A program made the position numbers and the translations under genes. Of a stretch of 64,000 nt of DNA, positions 22,821-35,889 are shown piece after piece. The DNA comes from Vicugna vicugna (lineage: Eukaryota): NCBI GenBank assembly GCA_013265495.1, contig MU058221.1, positions 2,542,001 through 2,606,000 on the forward strand. The letters run 5' to 3'. Position 1 is the first letter of the stretch. Every line of letters begins with the position of its first letter. Below the pieces are notes generated by a model that saw nothing but the letters and a program-made list of their open reading frames with translations, did no database searches and was not told where the DNA came from.

Positions 22821-24875
22821 TAGGCTGTACTTTTAGAATCAGGTTTCACAAGGTGCTGTGTTCAAGTCCTTGCTAAGAGGCGAATCTGTGCACATTTTAA
22901 TTCATGACAGATGAAGTCTGAAAGTCAAGAAGATGCTCCGGAGTGGGAGAGGAATGGAGACAGTCAAATAGAATACCTGAGAGTCGCAGAGCCTTATGGA
23001 ACACTTAGCACTGTTCCCAATTCAGCACGTCCCTGTGCACACCCCATCCCCATCCTCACACCCTGCATCCCAAAGGGGCACATTACCTAGAAATTTCCAA
23101 CTAGGTGGGGAGCGGGCATAAGAGAAGAGACAACAAGTGTCATCAGTTCTTGATGGCTGAAAATTCAGTACTATCTCCAGGCGTGATGGGGACTGTGTAC
23201 CAAGAGCTGGAAGAAACTTGAAGCGTTCTAACTGCCAAGCCCTCGTGTCCCAAGGTAGAGATGAATCGTAGGAGGACTTGGTGCCGCCCCTTCCAATAAC
23301 CGGGTTCACCCCACCGCGGGGGGTCTGCGGCCAGCACCGGGGGCAGCAGCGAGCCCAGAGAAGCCAAAGGTCTGCTCCCCACTGGCTTCATGGAGCAGAG
23401 TTCATGGGCAGCAGTAAAATTGGAAAGACATGATAGCCTGATTTAAAGCAGAGAAAGGGGAGGGAGAAAGGAATGGGAAGGGAACATTCTGGAAGTCTTT
23501 CTGTGGGAGATCCAGAAAACCATTTTAGGGGAGAAAAAAAACCAGAACAGTTCAGAAACAGCTGGGCCTTCAGCCAAGGCAGATGGTCCAAAATGAGGAA
23601 TGGTGGAGCCGTGCAAATAAAACCACGTTGCTGGCTGCAGAGGCCACATACGAAGGTAGTGGTGGCTGTGTTAGGTGGGAGTGCACCAGGGCTGACCTTG
23701 CATTTCAGAAGCACACATTTAGGCCTTCTCTCTTGGCATCTGAGCCCGGACACCTCCAGAGACGGGCATTCACCACTGAATGGGGTGGAAATGAGATTCT
23801 TTTTTTCCCAAAGAGGTCCAAATGCCCTAATAAACACTCTCAATGATCAACAAACAGGAGCGAGCGAGTGGTGCCAACTTGCTGCAGTCTGGGTAGTTTG
23901 CCTAATGATTTGAGAGAGCTAAGCTTGTGGTTAGAATTCGAACTACCAGGCAGGATGGGGTGGGGGTGCTCCATCATCTTGGGGTAGGGCAGGGTCCAAT
24001 GGCCGAAGAACAACAAAGGGGAAAAAAGAATTAAATGAAACAGAACATTGACATGGACAGGAATGCCCGTTCTCTCCCTGATCACAGTCAGAGCTGGCTA
24101 TCATCAGCGTGTTTCTGGTGGATCTACTTCACTGCACTTTTTGCCAAAGTGAATGGAATTTGCTCACGATCCGCCCGTAGCTGAAGAGTTAAGTCTCCAT
24201 GGAAGTGTCTGTGCAGGAGCTCCGGGGCTGACACATGGGAGATTTTTTTTTCTCATCTACAAAGCACAAATCACTTTTACTAATAACGTAAGTGTGTGCA
24301 CACACACGTGTGTATCACACACATCAGTGGAGTTTCTCTAATCAAATCTGTGTCCCAGATGCCAGGGATAAAATATTTCATGGTCCAACAGTCATCCCCA
24401 GACCGTGACTTAGACGCTCTGAGGTATGACTAGGTCGGGCCGTGGCTCTGAGCTGGAGTGAGCGCTGATGAGAGCTCAGGCTTCAGCAGACAGAAGACGT
24501 GATTTTTACTGGAGATGGGTTTGGGCGGGGGAGGGGGATCTGACTCAACCATGGGAGACAAAAATCAGACACCATCCACTAGTTGCACAAAGCTGTTCTA
24601 CCTCAGGGGACGCAAATGCCTGGACGCCTTTTATCCCCGCTCCACAGCAAAAACTAGAATGACCTCTTCCGGTACGCGTTTAGAAGTGGCCTTTTTCTCT
24701 AAGAATCAGTTACAGATTTCCCTTTATAACCTTATGTGATGTTCAGTGAGCTAGATTTTCGCCTCCTCCTTCAACTCGTTGGCTCCTGTGGATCAAATGC
24801 CCATGATGGGCCAGGTGCTACTGGAGGTAGAGAGAAGGGTGAGGCTGGAGTCTGTCTTCAAGAAGTTGACGATCT

Positions 24876-24988
24876 GTTTTGGTTTTTTTTTAAGGAATGC
24901 AGTTTATTTATTTAAATGGAGGGACTGGGGATTGATCTCAGAACCTCATGGCATGGGCTCCACCATGGAGCTATTTCCCTCCCCTCCG
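24876..24988 (-). mobile_element. tRNA-derived SINE (Vic-1 type), degenerate
   Basis: tttatttatttaaatggagggactggggattgatc...gagcta; imperfect TSD GAAGTTGACGATCT / GGAGCTGATGATCT. Confidence 0.8.
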
Positions 24989-26226
24989 AGGAGCTGATGA
25001 TCTCAATAATCTTATAAGGACAGGGGAGAAAAGTGTAAGAAGCAAACCATTTCACTAAGAATCAGGAGTCAGACAAGGGATGCATGTGGGCTGGGGGAGG
25101 TTACTTGGGTTGGAGAAGCTCTAAGATGTTTGACTTCGGTGTTTTCTATCAGCATGAGCTTCAGGGACTCATTTATGTCCTGGGGAGCTGATTCCTAAGC
25201 CATTATTAATTAAGGATGATGCCTTTAAACACTGGGCCTCCGCTGAGTCATTGAAGCAGCTTCTTGTCTACGTCAGCTGTCGTGCTTACAAAGTCTGTGA
25301 CACTTTTTCATCAAACATACAGGGCATTTAAGAGAAAATGAATGCATTAAAAAAAATCTTTGCCTTCTCCTTTTGACTGACAGCGTTAATCTGTTTGATA
25401 CAGTCTTCATCATTTAAAGTCAGCCTGCACCTGTCGGTGTTTGCTCGCTCCCTCGTGGACGTGGATAATAACTGTAATCCACAGAGCGGCCTGTGGTGAG
25501 GTCAACGCAACCTGCGATTCCCAAGGCCTGTTCCGCATCGGCGTCTCCTGGAGGAGGATCTCCGGGTACCTGCTCCTCTGTGAGCGTCAGTCAGGATAAC
25601 ATGCAGTGACGCCTCCCGTGGCCTTCCACTATCTGCAGCTTTATGGTTTTAAGAAAGAGGCCGTTGGCAAAAATTCTGATGACTGTGGATACACTTTAAG
25701 GATGGTTCCCTTTTCAAAGGGTTTTTATATTCATAATTTTCTTTGATCTGCATAATTCTCCACTGGAAGGAGGCGAATTGAATCTTTTCCCGTCTTTACC
25801 TCTTTTTCCATTTTTGCCTCAAAAGAGAGCCAACAAGCAGAGTTGATGTTACCAAATTGATATACAACCCCACTTCCTGACCGCAAGCTTAGACTCTCAT
25901 TCAGTCTCTGGTGCGGTCTGGTGAAACTCGGCTGAGCCCATTCATTGCTCTTGCTGAGAATTGGATATAGGATTTGGGAATCACATGGCAAATGCTTGAC
26001 TTTTGGGTTAGCACTGATTAAGAAGATAAATGGAGCATCTTAAAAGCAATGAGGAGACCTCCTCCCTCCCTTAAGCCATGTGCAAAGTTAACTCAGAATG
26101 GATCACAGACCTAAACATAGGAGTTAAAGCTATAAAACTTACAGGAAAAAAAATTAGGAGTAAACCTTTGTGACTTTGGGTGAGGACTTGGTTTCTCAGA
26201 TATACAAAAAGTATACGTGACTTTTT

Positions 26227-26988
26227 TGTTTCGGAACAAATTATGCTCAGAGACTGAGGGCATCGTTGCCAATATTTTATTTCACATGGGTTCACTGCAG
26301 GAATTATAATAATTTCACAAGCCAATAGCATAAAAGATAATGTCTTTTAATAAGTCAATAAAGAAATAACACACTCCAAGTCAGTGATAGATTAATCACG
26401 CTACTGTTCCAGGCAAGAGGAGATGATCAAAATAAAGTCCAAATTTAGTTGAGTTGGTTCTCGGGAGAGGCAGCTTAACCAACCGGGAGCTGCCGTCCAG
26501 CTGCCTGCGTGAACAGAAGTCCCTTGTTGCCGGAGCACGTTGCTAGGGAGCAAAGGTGCCGGTGGGCAGGATGATCTTGGAGAAGCATTAGCGTGGCTTT
26601 TACCACTGCTGGTAAAAGAGGTGCCTTGACCTCAGCAGAAGCTAATGCTCCCAAGGTCTTCAGAGAGCTGTTTAGGTAGCAGAGGGTAGCCTTGCCCAGA
26701 CTAAACACTGTCAGGTTGTCCTCACAAACCCTGAGTATTTATAGTCCAAATGTATCCTCTCCCAAGTTGCTTCTTCATACACTTGTTACTAAGTCCCCAG
26801 CGGTGCCGCTCGGCAGCTGAGCGGCGGAGAGCTGATCGGTAACCACAGATGTGGGTGATGGCATCCTGCCACACAATTTCACTTTGATATCAAAACAAAA
26901 ACTTCATTCTTAGGAACAACTTTCATCTTCAAGACAACTTTATTTTTATCATAAACAAGTGGACTCAAAATCAGATCAAACCACTACA
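26227..26988 (-). mobile_element. Unclassified ~760-bp solo-LTR-like insertion
   Basis: Interrupts L1; minus strand begins TGT and ends ACA, internal TATAAAT, AATAAA ~45 bp from the end; (G)TGAC repeated on both sides. Confidence 0.65.
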
Positions 26989-27211
26989 TGACAGTGACAA
27001 AAGAAAAAAAGATAAATCAGACTTCATCAAAATTAGGGACTTCTGTGCTTCAAATGATGACATCCAGAGAGTGAAGGCGACCCACTCAACGGGAGAAAAT
27101 ATTTGCATCTTTTCATACCTGATAATAGACTTGTAGCTAGAATACATAAAGGGCTGTACAAACTCAATCATGAAAAGACAAATAACACAATTATAAAATG
27201 GGCAAAGACTT

Positions 27212-27939
27212 TGGGGCTGTTTTCCATCAAGCAGTTCTCCAGGTCTCTGACACCAACTGGGTATCCAACCATTCACATCACTTTTGTCACTCTCTACTTG
27301 GAGTTAGCACCGGATCCCACAGAACTGTCCCCACTTCAGACACTAATCACAGGTCCTGGGCCACCTGTGTTCACAGGCTCTGGTCAGTCGGCTGTAAATT
27401 GGGAGTTCCCACAGATTTGATAATTTGCTAGGATGGCTCACAGAACTTAGGACGGCATTTTTGAAAAATATTTACCAGTTGATTATGAAGGATGCAAATA
27501 AACAGCTGGTTGAACAAGTTCCTGGGAAAAGATCCCAAAATGTACTGAGCATAAGAACGCCTAACCTCCTGTGGCCTTGGGGTACACCACCCTCCTGGCA
27601 CATGGCTGTGTTCCCCAACTCAGAAGCTCACTGAACCCCACTGTTAATGGGGTTTTTATGGAGGTTACATGACATAGACACGATTCATTAAATCATTAGG
27701 AACTCAACCTTTACCCCCTCTCCCTTCCCAGGAGGTCAAGATGGGGCTGAAAATTCCAATCTTCTAATTATGCCTTGGTCTTTTATTGGGATCAGCCCCA
27801 TCCTGAAGCTATTTAAGGGGTCCTTGCCTTCAGTCATCTCATTAGCGCACAATAATCCTCATCACTGTAGAGATTCAATGGGTTTTAGTAGCTGTGTGCC
27901 AAGAACTGGAGACGAAGACCATTCTATTTTAATACCACA
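27212..27939 (-). mobile_element. MER21-type ERV solo LTR
   Basis: gacaccaactgggtatcc...ggagttagcaccggatcccacag...ccccacttcaga...agctgtgtgccaagaactggagacgaagacca...ataccaca. Confidence 0.85.
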
Positions 27940-28469
27940 AATGTGAATGGACATTTGTCCAAGAAGACCTGCAAGAGGTATATAAGCACTTGGAAAGATG
28001 GTCCACATCACCAGTCACTCGGGAAATGTGAATCAAAACCACAGTGAGATACTGCTTCACACCCACTAGGATGGCCGTAATCAAAAAGATGGATAATGAT
28101 AAGTGTTGGAAAGGATACGAACAAATTGGAACCCTCATTCTTTGCTGATGAGAATGTAAAATGGTGCAGTTACTTTGGCAAATAGTTCGGTAGTTCAATT
28201 GCTAAATATAGTTTATATATAACGCAGTAATTCCACACCTAGGGATAATCCAAGAAAAATGAAAGTATACATCCACATAAAGATTTGTAGATAGACGTTC
28301 ATGACAGCATTATTAGCAATAACCCAAAACTGTAAAGAACACAGATGTTTCCATAAACTGATGAATAGATATATAAATGTGGTATGTCCATGCAATGGAA
28401 TATTTGTCAATAAAACAGAATGAAGTACCGATGCATGCTGCAACATGGATGAACCTTAAAAACATGCTA

Positions 28470-29330
28470 TACAGATGGCCAAGACGCTTGTGAAAAGATG
28501 CTCAACGTTGCTAATTATTAGAAAAATGCAAATCAAAACCACAGTGTGGTGTCACTTCACACAGGTCAGAATGGCCATCATCAAAAAATCTATAAATAAT
28601 AAATGCTGGAGAGGGTGTGGGGAAAAGGGAGCCCTCCTACACTGTTGGTGGGAATGCAAATTGGTGCAGCCAATCACGGCTTCTTAAAAAACTAAAAATA
28701 GATTTACCGTATGATCTAGCAATACCACTCTTTGGCATATATCCGGAGGGAACTTTAATTCAAAAAGATACATGCACCCCAATATTCATAGCAGCAGTAT
28801 TTATAATATTCAAGATGTGGAAGCAACCTAAATGTCCATCAACAGATAATTGGATAAATATGTTGTGGTATATGTGGACAATGGAATATTACTCAGCCAT
28901 ACAAAAGAATAAAACCATGCCATTTTACAGTAACATGGGATGGACCTGGAGATTGTCATGCTAAGTGAAGTAAGTCAGAAAGAGAAAGACAAATATCATA
29001 TGATATCATTTATATGTGGAATCTGACAAAATGATACAAATGAACTTATTTACAAAACAGAAATAGAGTCACAGACATAGAAAACAACATGGCTACCAAA
29101 GGGGAAGCATGGGATAAATTTGGAATTAACAGATACACACTACTGCATATAAAATAGATAAACAACAGGGACCTACTGTATAGCATAGGGAACTATGTTC
29201 AGTATCTTATAATAACCTATAATGGGAGAGAATCTGCTAAAGAATACCTATTTATATTTGTTCACTGAGTCACTTTGCTGTACACTTGAAACACTGCAAA
29301 TCAACTATAATTCAATAAAAAAAACTAAAA
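28470..29330 (+). mobile_element. Younger 5'-truncated L1 (ORF2 C-terminus + 3' UTR + A tail)
   Basis: Translates to L1 ORF2 C-terminal motifs ([46 protein letters not shown]) with a frameshift; approximate TSD AAAA..ATGCTA. Confidence 0.95.
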
Positions 29331-30030
29331 AAATTATGCTAAATGGAAAAAGCTAGTCAAAAGAGACCACGGGTATTGTATGATTCCACTTCAAGGAATT
29401 ATCCAGAAGAGGCACACCTAAAGGATAGAAAGTAGCTTAGCAGCCGCCTATGGCTGGGGCAAGGGGAGAGGCGGGGAGTGACTGCTGGGTAAGGGCCATC
29501 TTTCGGAGGTGACGAGAGTGTTCCAAGCTTAGATTGTGCTGATAGTTACCTAACTCTGTGAACATTCTGAAAACCACTGAATTGTACGCTTTGGGTGAAT
29601 TTTATGGTATGTGAATTTCATCTCTAGAAGAATGTTTTTAAAAAAAAAAAAAAAAGGCTACCTCCTGGAGTCTGGCCATCCGGACAATAGACAAGTACAT
29701 CTAAAACGAAATCTCCAGGCGCGGCGGTTCTCTTTTGCCCTCTGATGACCTTGGTGACCCGGCACATGAACTCAGCTTATAAATAAACAAGACCGCTGCT
29801 AGAGGTGCTGACTGACAGCATTGCCGCACTTGGCTTTGCCGGGGAGCAGGCGGTCAGGGCGATCCTGAAATGAACAGCCAAAATATGACGACAAATTTTA
29901 TTCAAAAAGTTTTTCTTTCCTGCTTATATAAATAGTTCATTTTTATCTCCCCAGTCTGAAGTGCTCCAGGCCTCAGTCTTTGGACCTTTATTTACTGCTA
30001 CACCCACTCCCTTTGAGATCTTTCCAAGGG

Positions 30031-30537
30031 GTCAACTGAAACAAAATGCACAATGTAAAAGTTGAGAGTAAAGTTTTATTTGGCGGACGTTTCTGAGGAC
30101 TTAAACCCGGGTTGACAGCCTTTAAGGTCACTCTGAGGGACTGCTCCAAGGTGGCGAGGTAGCAGCCCGGCTATGTGAGTTTTTGCAACAAAGACCAGGT
30201 AGTCATAGCATCAAAAGTACTGTTAATTAAAGGAAAAGGCATCTCAAGATACAGAATTTAGCGCTTTTCTATATATGGGAAGGTGCAAAGGTCTGGGCTC
30301 ATTGAAATCATTCCTTTGATGTGCGCCTGGCTATCTAGGGCCAGTACCCTGTTCTTCCACATCCTGAGTTCCCTCAGATGCAACCCTGGGGGTGACATTA
30401 GAGGCCAGGCTGCCTGCTCTTCTGCATCCTGAGTTCCCTCCACTCACTGTCTGGGGGGATGGTGGTGGTGGCTGATGACCTGATGGCCACAGCATCCTTT
30501 GTTTACTGATATGGCTGGCAGTATTTGTCATTCCCAA
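30031..30537 (-). mobile_element. ERV1-class solo LTR, family A (related to 56218-56694 and 58830-59327)
   Basis: Shares gaatttagcgcttttctat...gggctca..ttcctttga..tctagggccag with the other two copies; inserted in an L2. Confidence 0.85.
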
Positions 30538-30539
30538 GG

Positions 30540-31420
30540 GGCAAGCCTTAAGTATCATCTGTATGAATTTTGACTCCCAAATTTCTATCTTGAGCTCAGA
30601 CCCTCCCCTTGAACTTCACACTCCTGTATCCAGCCACCTACTGAACACCAACACTCGAATATTTCATTGGCTTCTCCAACTTAACCGTTTCAAACCTGAA
30701 ATCTCAATCAACCCTCTCTTCTGAATTTTTCAGCATCCATCAAAGGCAACCCCATTCTCCTAGTGCTTTACTTAAAAAACCTGAACGTTCTCTTTCTCAT
30801 CCATTCTGTCTATGACCCATTAGCAAATCCCGTTGGCTCTTCACTAAAATACGTCTAGAAAGTAACTGCTTCTCACCCTCTCCCATCACTACTGAGTTTC
30901 CCTCATTTCTCAGCTGAATTTTTACCCAAAGCTCCTAATGGCACTTCCTACGTCTGCCTTTTGCCAAATCTCATCTCAGCCCCACAGCCGGGGTGGTCCT
31001 GGAAACACGTCAGTCAGAGTGAGTCACTGCCTTCTCAGAGCCCTCCAGTGGTTTCCCACCTTCTCTCCAGTAAAAGCGGAAATCGTTTTGGTGATCACAC
31101 GCGGCCCCCTCCACCTCATCTCTCTGAATTCCGTGCCTGTCAGGCGTGCTTCTGCCTCGGGGTCTTTTATATCTGTGTCGACCTCCGTCTGGAGAATTCT
31201 TGCCCCCCATATGTTCGTGGCTTGTTCCCCTAACCCCTCTAGTCTTTGCTCAAATGACACTGACCAGGTGAGGCCTACCCTGCCAATACGGTTACAAGTG
31301 ACATCTGCCAAACGCGGGCGTTCGTGGGTCCTGTTCTCTGCTGTACTTCCCCCCGTGGCAGGCACTGCCATCAGCCATGATGTCTGTTTTACTTATTTTA
31401 TTAACTGTTGCTGTTGGCAT
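30540..31420 (+). mobile_element. L2 fragment (continues 29950-30025)
   Basis: tgactcccaaatttctatc...cagaccctcccct tgaacttc...ccctccagtggtttcccac...ctttgctcaaatgacac. Confidence 0.7.
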
Positions 31421-32709
31421 CTCACCTCTCCCCACCCTCGACCCCCGGAAGAGCATAAGCCTGTAGGAGACAGAGACATTTCTCTGCTCATGCTTCGTGA
31501 GTTTTCTTTGCTCACTTTGCTGCGGGGGCCTCATTTATACTTACTCCGCCAGGGTAGCTTTAGAAAGGTGAAAGCCAGTTTATTTGTTTGTTTGTTTTGT
31601 TTTTTTTTTTTGTGGGAAACTTTGTAGCTTTTGACCCATACCCCCAGCACACACGTGCCCACCTTGAGTTCTTCCACTTTGGTTTCTCTTTTCTTTTCTC
31701 GATGTATTTCATTAACTTTCATAAACCTTAAAGAGGAAATGGCCCCGAGATCATAATTTGGGAGGAGGCTTGTGTAAAGGGCCAGAAGTGAGAGCGTTTT
31801 GATTCCTCCTTCTCCCATTTAAAGCTTTGCCTTCATCCCCTAAGTAGGCACCTTCGTGGGTCGAACGAAACGGTGCGTTGGTTGCTGGGACGTTCTGTGA
31901 TCGCAGAATCTTGCCCTCAGCACTTCCCAAGGACAGTGGCCCCTGTGAATCCAGGATTTACAGGAGGCCATATTTCTGTTGGAAGGATTTTGGAGATCTG
32001 GGCTTCCATGCTGGGATCCCGGCTTGATTAAAGGCGGCCGAGACGCTGATGCAGTAAATAGTCTTTGCTATCAGTGGACTCGTTTTTCCTGCTAGAGATA
32101 AACTGAGCCTTGTGCTATAAAGCAATCAGTGAGCCTGCAGTGGCTGATTCAGCTCCCCGCGCTCTACTGTGCTGGCTCCTTCCGTTGGAAACGGCCTCAA
32201 AATCATAAACGTTGCTCACTTCACAGATACAGGGCACGGGGATGCCTGGAAACTAAGATTGATTAGTTCCTTCATGTACACATCCATTACTTTCCCCACC
32301 TTACATTATTTAAAAAAAAAAAAAACCCATAGTTTTATTTCTCTGAACCTTCACTGATGCCATTTACCTGGAAATCCAGCTAAAGCTCTGGGAGAAGTGG
32401 GCAGATTTCTTAGAAACCTTGTCTGGGCTGCCCTGGCAGAGAGCGTGAGTTCCACGTCTAACAACCTGCAGATGTCAGCACCACGGGAGAGGGCAGTTGC
32501 AGGAACCATCCAGCCCAGTCCATTTATGTTTGACTTTGAAATTCATCACGTGTTTGACATTCGTGCTTATCTTTAGTGGTAAAATTTTTCAGAGGGAGCG
32601 ATGTAAGAGAAGGATGTTCTTTGAGCTCCTGTTGCGCAAGAGAAGTAAGCAACCAGTGTGTCTTCCAGTCCACGTGGGTGCTGAGCAGTAAACACTCTCA
32701 GTTTAGAGC

Positions 32710-33065
32710 TTGCTGCTCAAAGTGTGGTCCTAGACTAGGAGCATCAGAATTCCCTGGGAGCTTTTTGGAAGGTAAATTCTGGAGTCCTGCCCTGCACCCA
32801 ACGCCTCGGAATCCACAGCTTAACAAGATCCTCGGGTGATTCATCTGTGCATTAATTTTTTTTCCCCAGAAGCAGTGGTTCAAGCTCTGGTTCCCAAACA
32901 TGACTTTCTTTGGAATCACCTGGGAAGTTTTAAAAAGAGTGAGACCTGGGTCCTTCTGCCAGAGAACCTGATTTTACTCACAAGGGGTCCAGTTCCGTCT
33001 TGGGGCACTTTTCAGAGTTCCCGGGTAGTTGTAAGGTGCACAGTTTGCAGTCGCCTGGTTTAGAG
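32710..33065. mobile_element. Two adjacent MER5-type hAT MITEs
   Basis: gctgctcaaagtgtggtcctagactaggagcatcagaat...taacaagatcctcgggtgattc; then cagtggttcaagct...ggaatcacctgggaag. Confidence 0.7.
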
Positions 33066-35687
33066 CAGAACGCGAATGCGTCTGGGGCGCACGTGGGTGA
33101 CCGAATGGATGGATGATTTTCACAACAGACTTCCAGGGAGTTACCCAGCATTCTCCAGCCACAGGTTTCCCTTTGAGTTTATCTGTTTCTATAGTCTTAG
33201 CTGTCTTCTGAGTCATCAAAGAAAAGTCATTTCTTTAGTTTGCCACTTTATCTATCTTATCTACTTCTTTGAAAATGGACAGATTCATTTTGCTTCATAG
33301 GGTTACTCTAGAATAGTCAAAAGATTTCTTTAATCTGAATCTCATTTTCGAATATGCTTTTAAAAGGAAAGGATGTAGTCTAAAGAGTGTCATTTAAGGT
33401 TCCCACCAATGCTGTGTAGCAATTGTTCCTCTCTCTCTTGAAGAAGCAAAAACTGTGATTTTTAAATGGTGAGTAACAGTCCAAAACGGACAGCTGGCCG
33501 CTGGAAAAGCCGTGGTTTGAATCTGACATTTGAATGGGCTTTATCTGATTCTTAAATCCCATTCTTTTCTACTTCACCTGGTTGTTTCCCCCCCAAAAAA
33601 ACCTCAACTGTGTAATGATTAATAGCAACTTTAAAAAAGGCAATCTGGATTTTTTTTTTATTTTGGGGGTAGCCTTTTTTCATATGTAGCTTTTAAAATT
33701 TCATGTAAGCCATTCCACGAACCATTCCTGAGTAAAGGTAGTGTGTGCCCCGTGGCTCTGACTGGAAACGGTAACAAACAAACAAGGAGGGGGACTGAGG
33801 GCAGTTGAGCGGCACAGGGTTTCGAGATGTTTGTCAGGTGTCCTGGAAGGTTTCCAAGAAGCAGATGCTCTACAGAAAGCTGCTGCTCTGGTCAGACGGG
33901 GGGAAGGGGCAGAGAAGGACAAGCTCTAAGGAAGACAAGCTGCTCTAGAAAATACTAAAAGGTCTTTGGGTTTATACAGAGCGTCTGATGACACAGTGGA
34001 AGGGACAAACATGCACTGGCTGGAGTTTTCTGGGTGTCCACCCCCACAGCCAACCGTAAGAGGCACCTGCATCGCCTGGGAAAGCATCGAGTTTGTTAAA
34101 TGGTAACTTCCGGAGCCTGCCATCCGCGGTCCCTGCCTGTCCTTACCGCCTGATGAAGACTGGACTTGCTCCGCCTGAAGAAGCAGAGTCTTTCCTCTGC
34201 TTGTTTTTCGTATTCTTTTGAATTCCTTTTGGAGGTGGAATTTGCATACGTCAGAGAAAGAGCTTGCCCCAGGAGCATTTTGCTGTCGATGGTCTCGGCA
34301 TGTCCCCGCAGCATGGCGCAGGGCGACGGCCAGCGAGGAGGCAGCTCTGTTGAGTGGTTGGTTGATTCGCTTCTTTATTGGGAATGAGTGTCTTCTGACC
34401 CCGTGTTAGACTCCAAACGTTACACCCAGGTCCTAGGAGAGGAAAACCGTTGATCCTGGTAGGTGAGCTTCTTCACCGCTTTCTAATCACCATGTCTCCT
34501 CTCAGTCGCCGTGGTCACCAAAACACAGACGCAGAGGTCTCCCCACCTCCCCCCTGCCTCCCGCTTGTCCCCGTTCAGTCTTCCTGGATTTCTCTAGCTT
34601 CCATTGCCTCTCACTTTATCTCACTGGTCATCTTGATTAAATCTCTAAGACGCTATCCTCTCTCCTGCTCACTTTTTCCTCTCCCGTCCCCTCCCCACAC
34701 CTGAACCCCCAAATCACCACTCTTCCCCATCACCTTTTTCGATGAAGAACCTTTCTTTCAACTCTATTCAGAACAGTGATGATTAATTAGGCCAGGGGCT
34801 AAACTGAAGTTTATTTTTATAGAGTCTGAATTTATAAAAGATTTGCTAAGATATTTCATTAACAACAATGATGAATTCTAGGAGGATATTTAAAGCATAA
34901 CAGAGTGTGAATAGATCTTCAATTCTATAGATGCATCACTTAGATTTAAACATGACTGCAGAGTAAGAGGAGGGCAGTCTTTAAACTAGCAGAGCTGTGG
35001 GAGTGGACAAAGAAGTATGACAGGTGGCTGGGGGCTTTGCAGGAAGTTCGGACTCCTTGGCCTGCCCACTAAATGCCAGTGGTGTCAACAGAGTCATTTG
35101 GCAAACCAAAGACATTCACACAGATTTCCAAATGAGACAGTAGGGCTTATTATAGCGCAGCAGTCTTATTCATTAAGGTCTTTAAAACTATACCCTCATC
35201 TAGATAGATACCCTTAGAATTCATTCAGATTTCTTATGGTTATTGCAAAATAATTATATGTATGCACGAACATTCTGTGTTGAAGACCAAGTACCAGGCT
35301 GTTGCTTCCAGAAATGGCACATAAAACATTTCTTCATTCTGCTTAAAAGCAGAAGGACTCGTCTTGGTTACACAGACATTCTCTTCTCATTCTCCCACTG
35401 AGCCATCGAAGGAAGCTCCGCAGTTCGTTCCCTGCAGTGACGTACAATGTAAAGGGTGTTTTCCCACCTGCGAGTTTTCATGAAAACTAGTGAGTGAATG
35501 TATTAAAGCAGTTGAAGCCAGTTTGAACCCTGGCAATGTCTTGATGCTATCTGGAAGATAAGCGTTGACCCTGCCCCCGTGTGCCAGCAACCACGTGGCA
35601 ATGAGGACGTTCATGCATGTAGGAAGTTGAACCCCTCTGTGAACATCCATGTTGGCCTCGACCGTGACAAAGGTCTTCCAGATGTTT

Positions 35688-35889
35688 GAATGTAACACTT
35701 TTGCATTTCAATACAAGGGGCTTAAATTTAGCCAACACTCTTATATAGGGCTGCTTCTGGAAACATCTCGAATGTAACATTTTTGTATTGCAACACAAAG
35801 GACTTAAGTTTAGCAACACTCTCATATAAGGATGGGTCTGGAAACATCTCCAATTAAGGCACAATACAAAAGGGTTTAAACTAACACTT
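35688..35889. repeat. Diverged ~82-bp tandem repeat (2 full units + partial third)
   Basis: Units 35688-35769 and 35770-35850 both run GAATGTAACA...AACACTCT..ATA..G...TCTGGAAACATCTC. Confidence 0.88.

Larger units (their letters stand above)
26071..29645 (+). mobile_element. Old L1M (ORF2 end + 3' UTR) split by three later insertions
   Basis: Collinear L1 pieces at 26071-26221, 26994-27211, 27940-28469 and 29335-29645. Confidence 0.85.

Noticed and set aside
28475..28964. ORFs with a CCHC-like motif
   Set aside because: Frameshifted L1 ORF2 C-terminal remnants, not a host gene.
30938..31627. 229-aa ORF, the longest in the window
   Set aside because: Lies mostly in a degenerate L2; no recognisable domain or splice context.
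32474..32495. REST/RE1-like GTCAGCACCACGGGAGAGGGC
   Set aside because: Right half-site is mis-spaced and mismatched; too weak to call.
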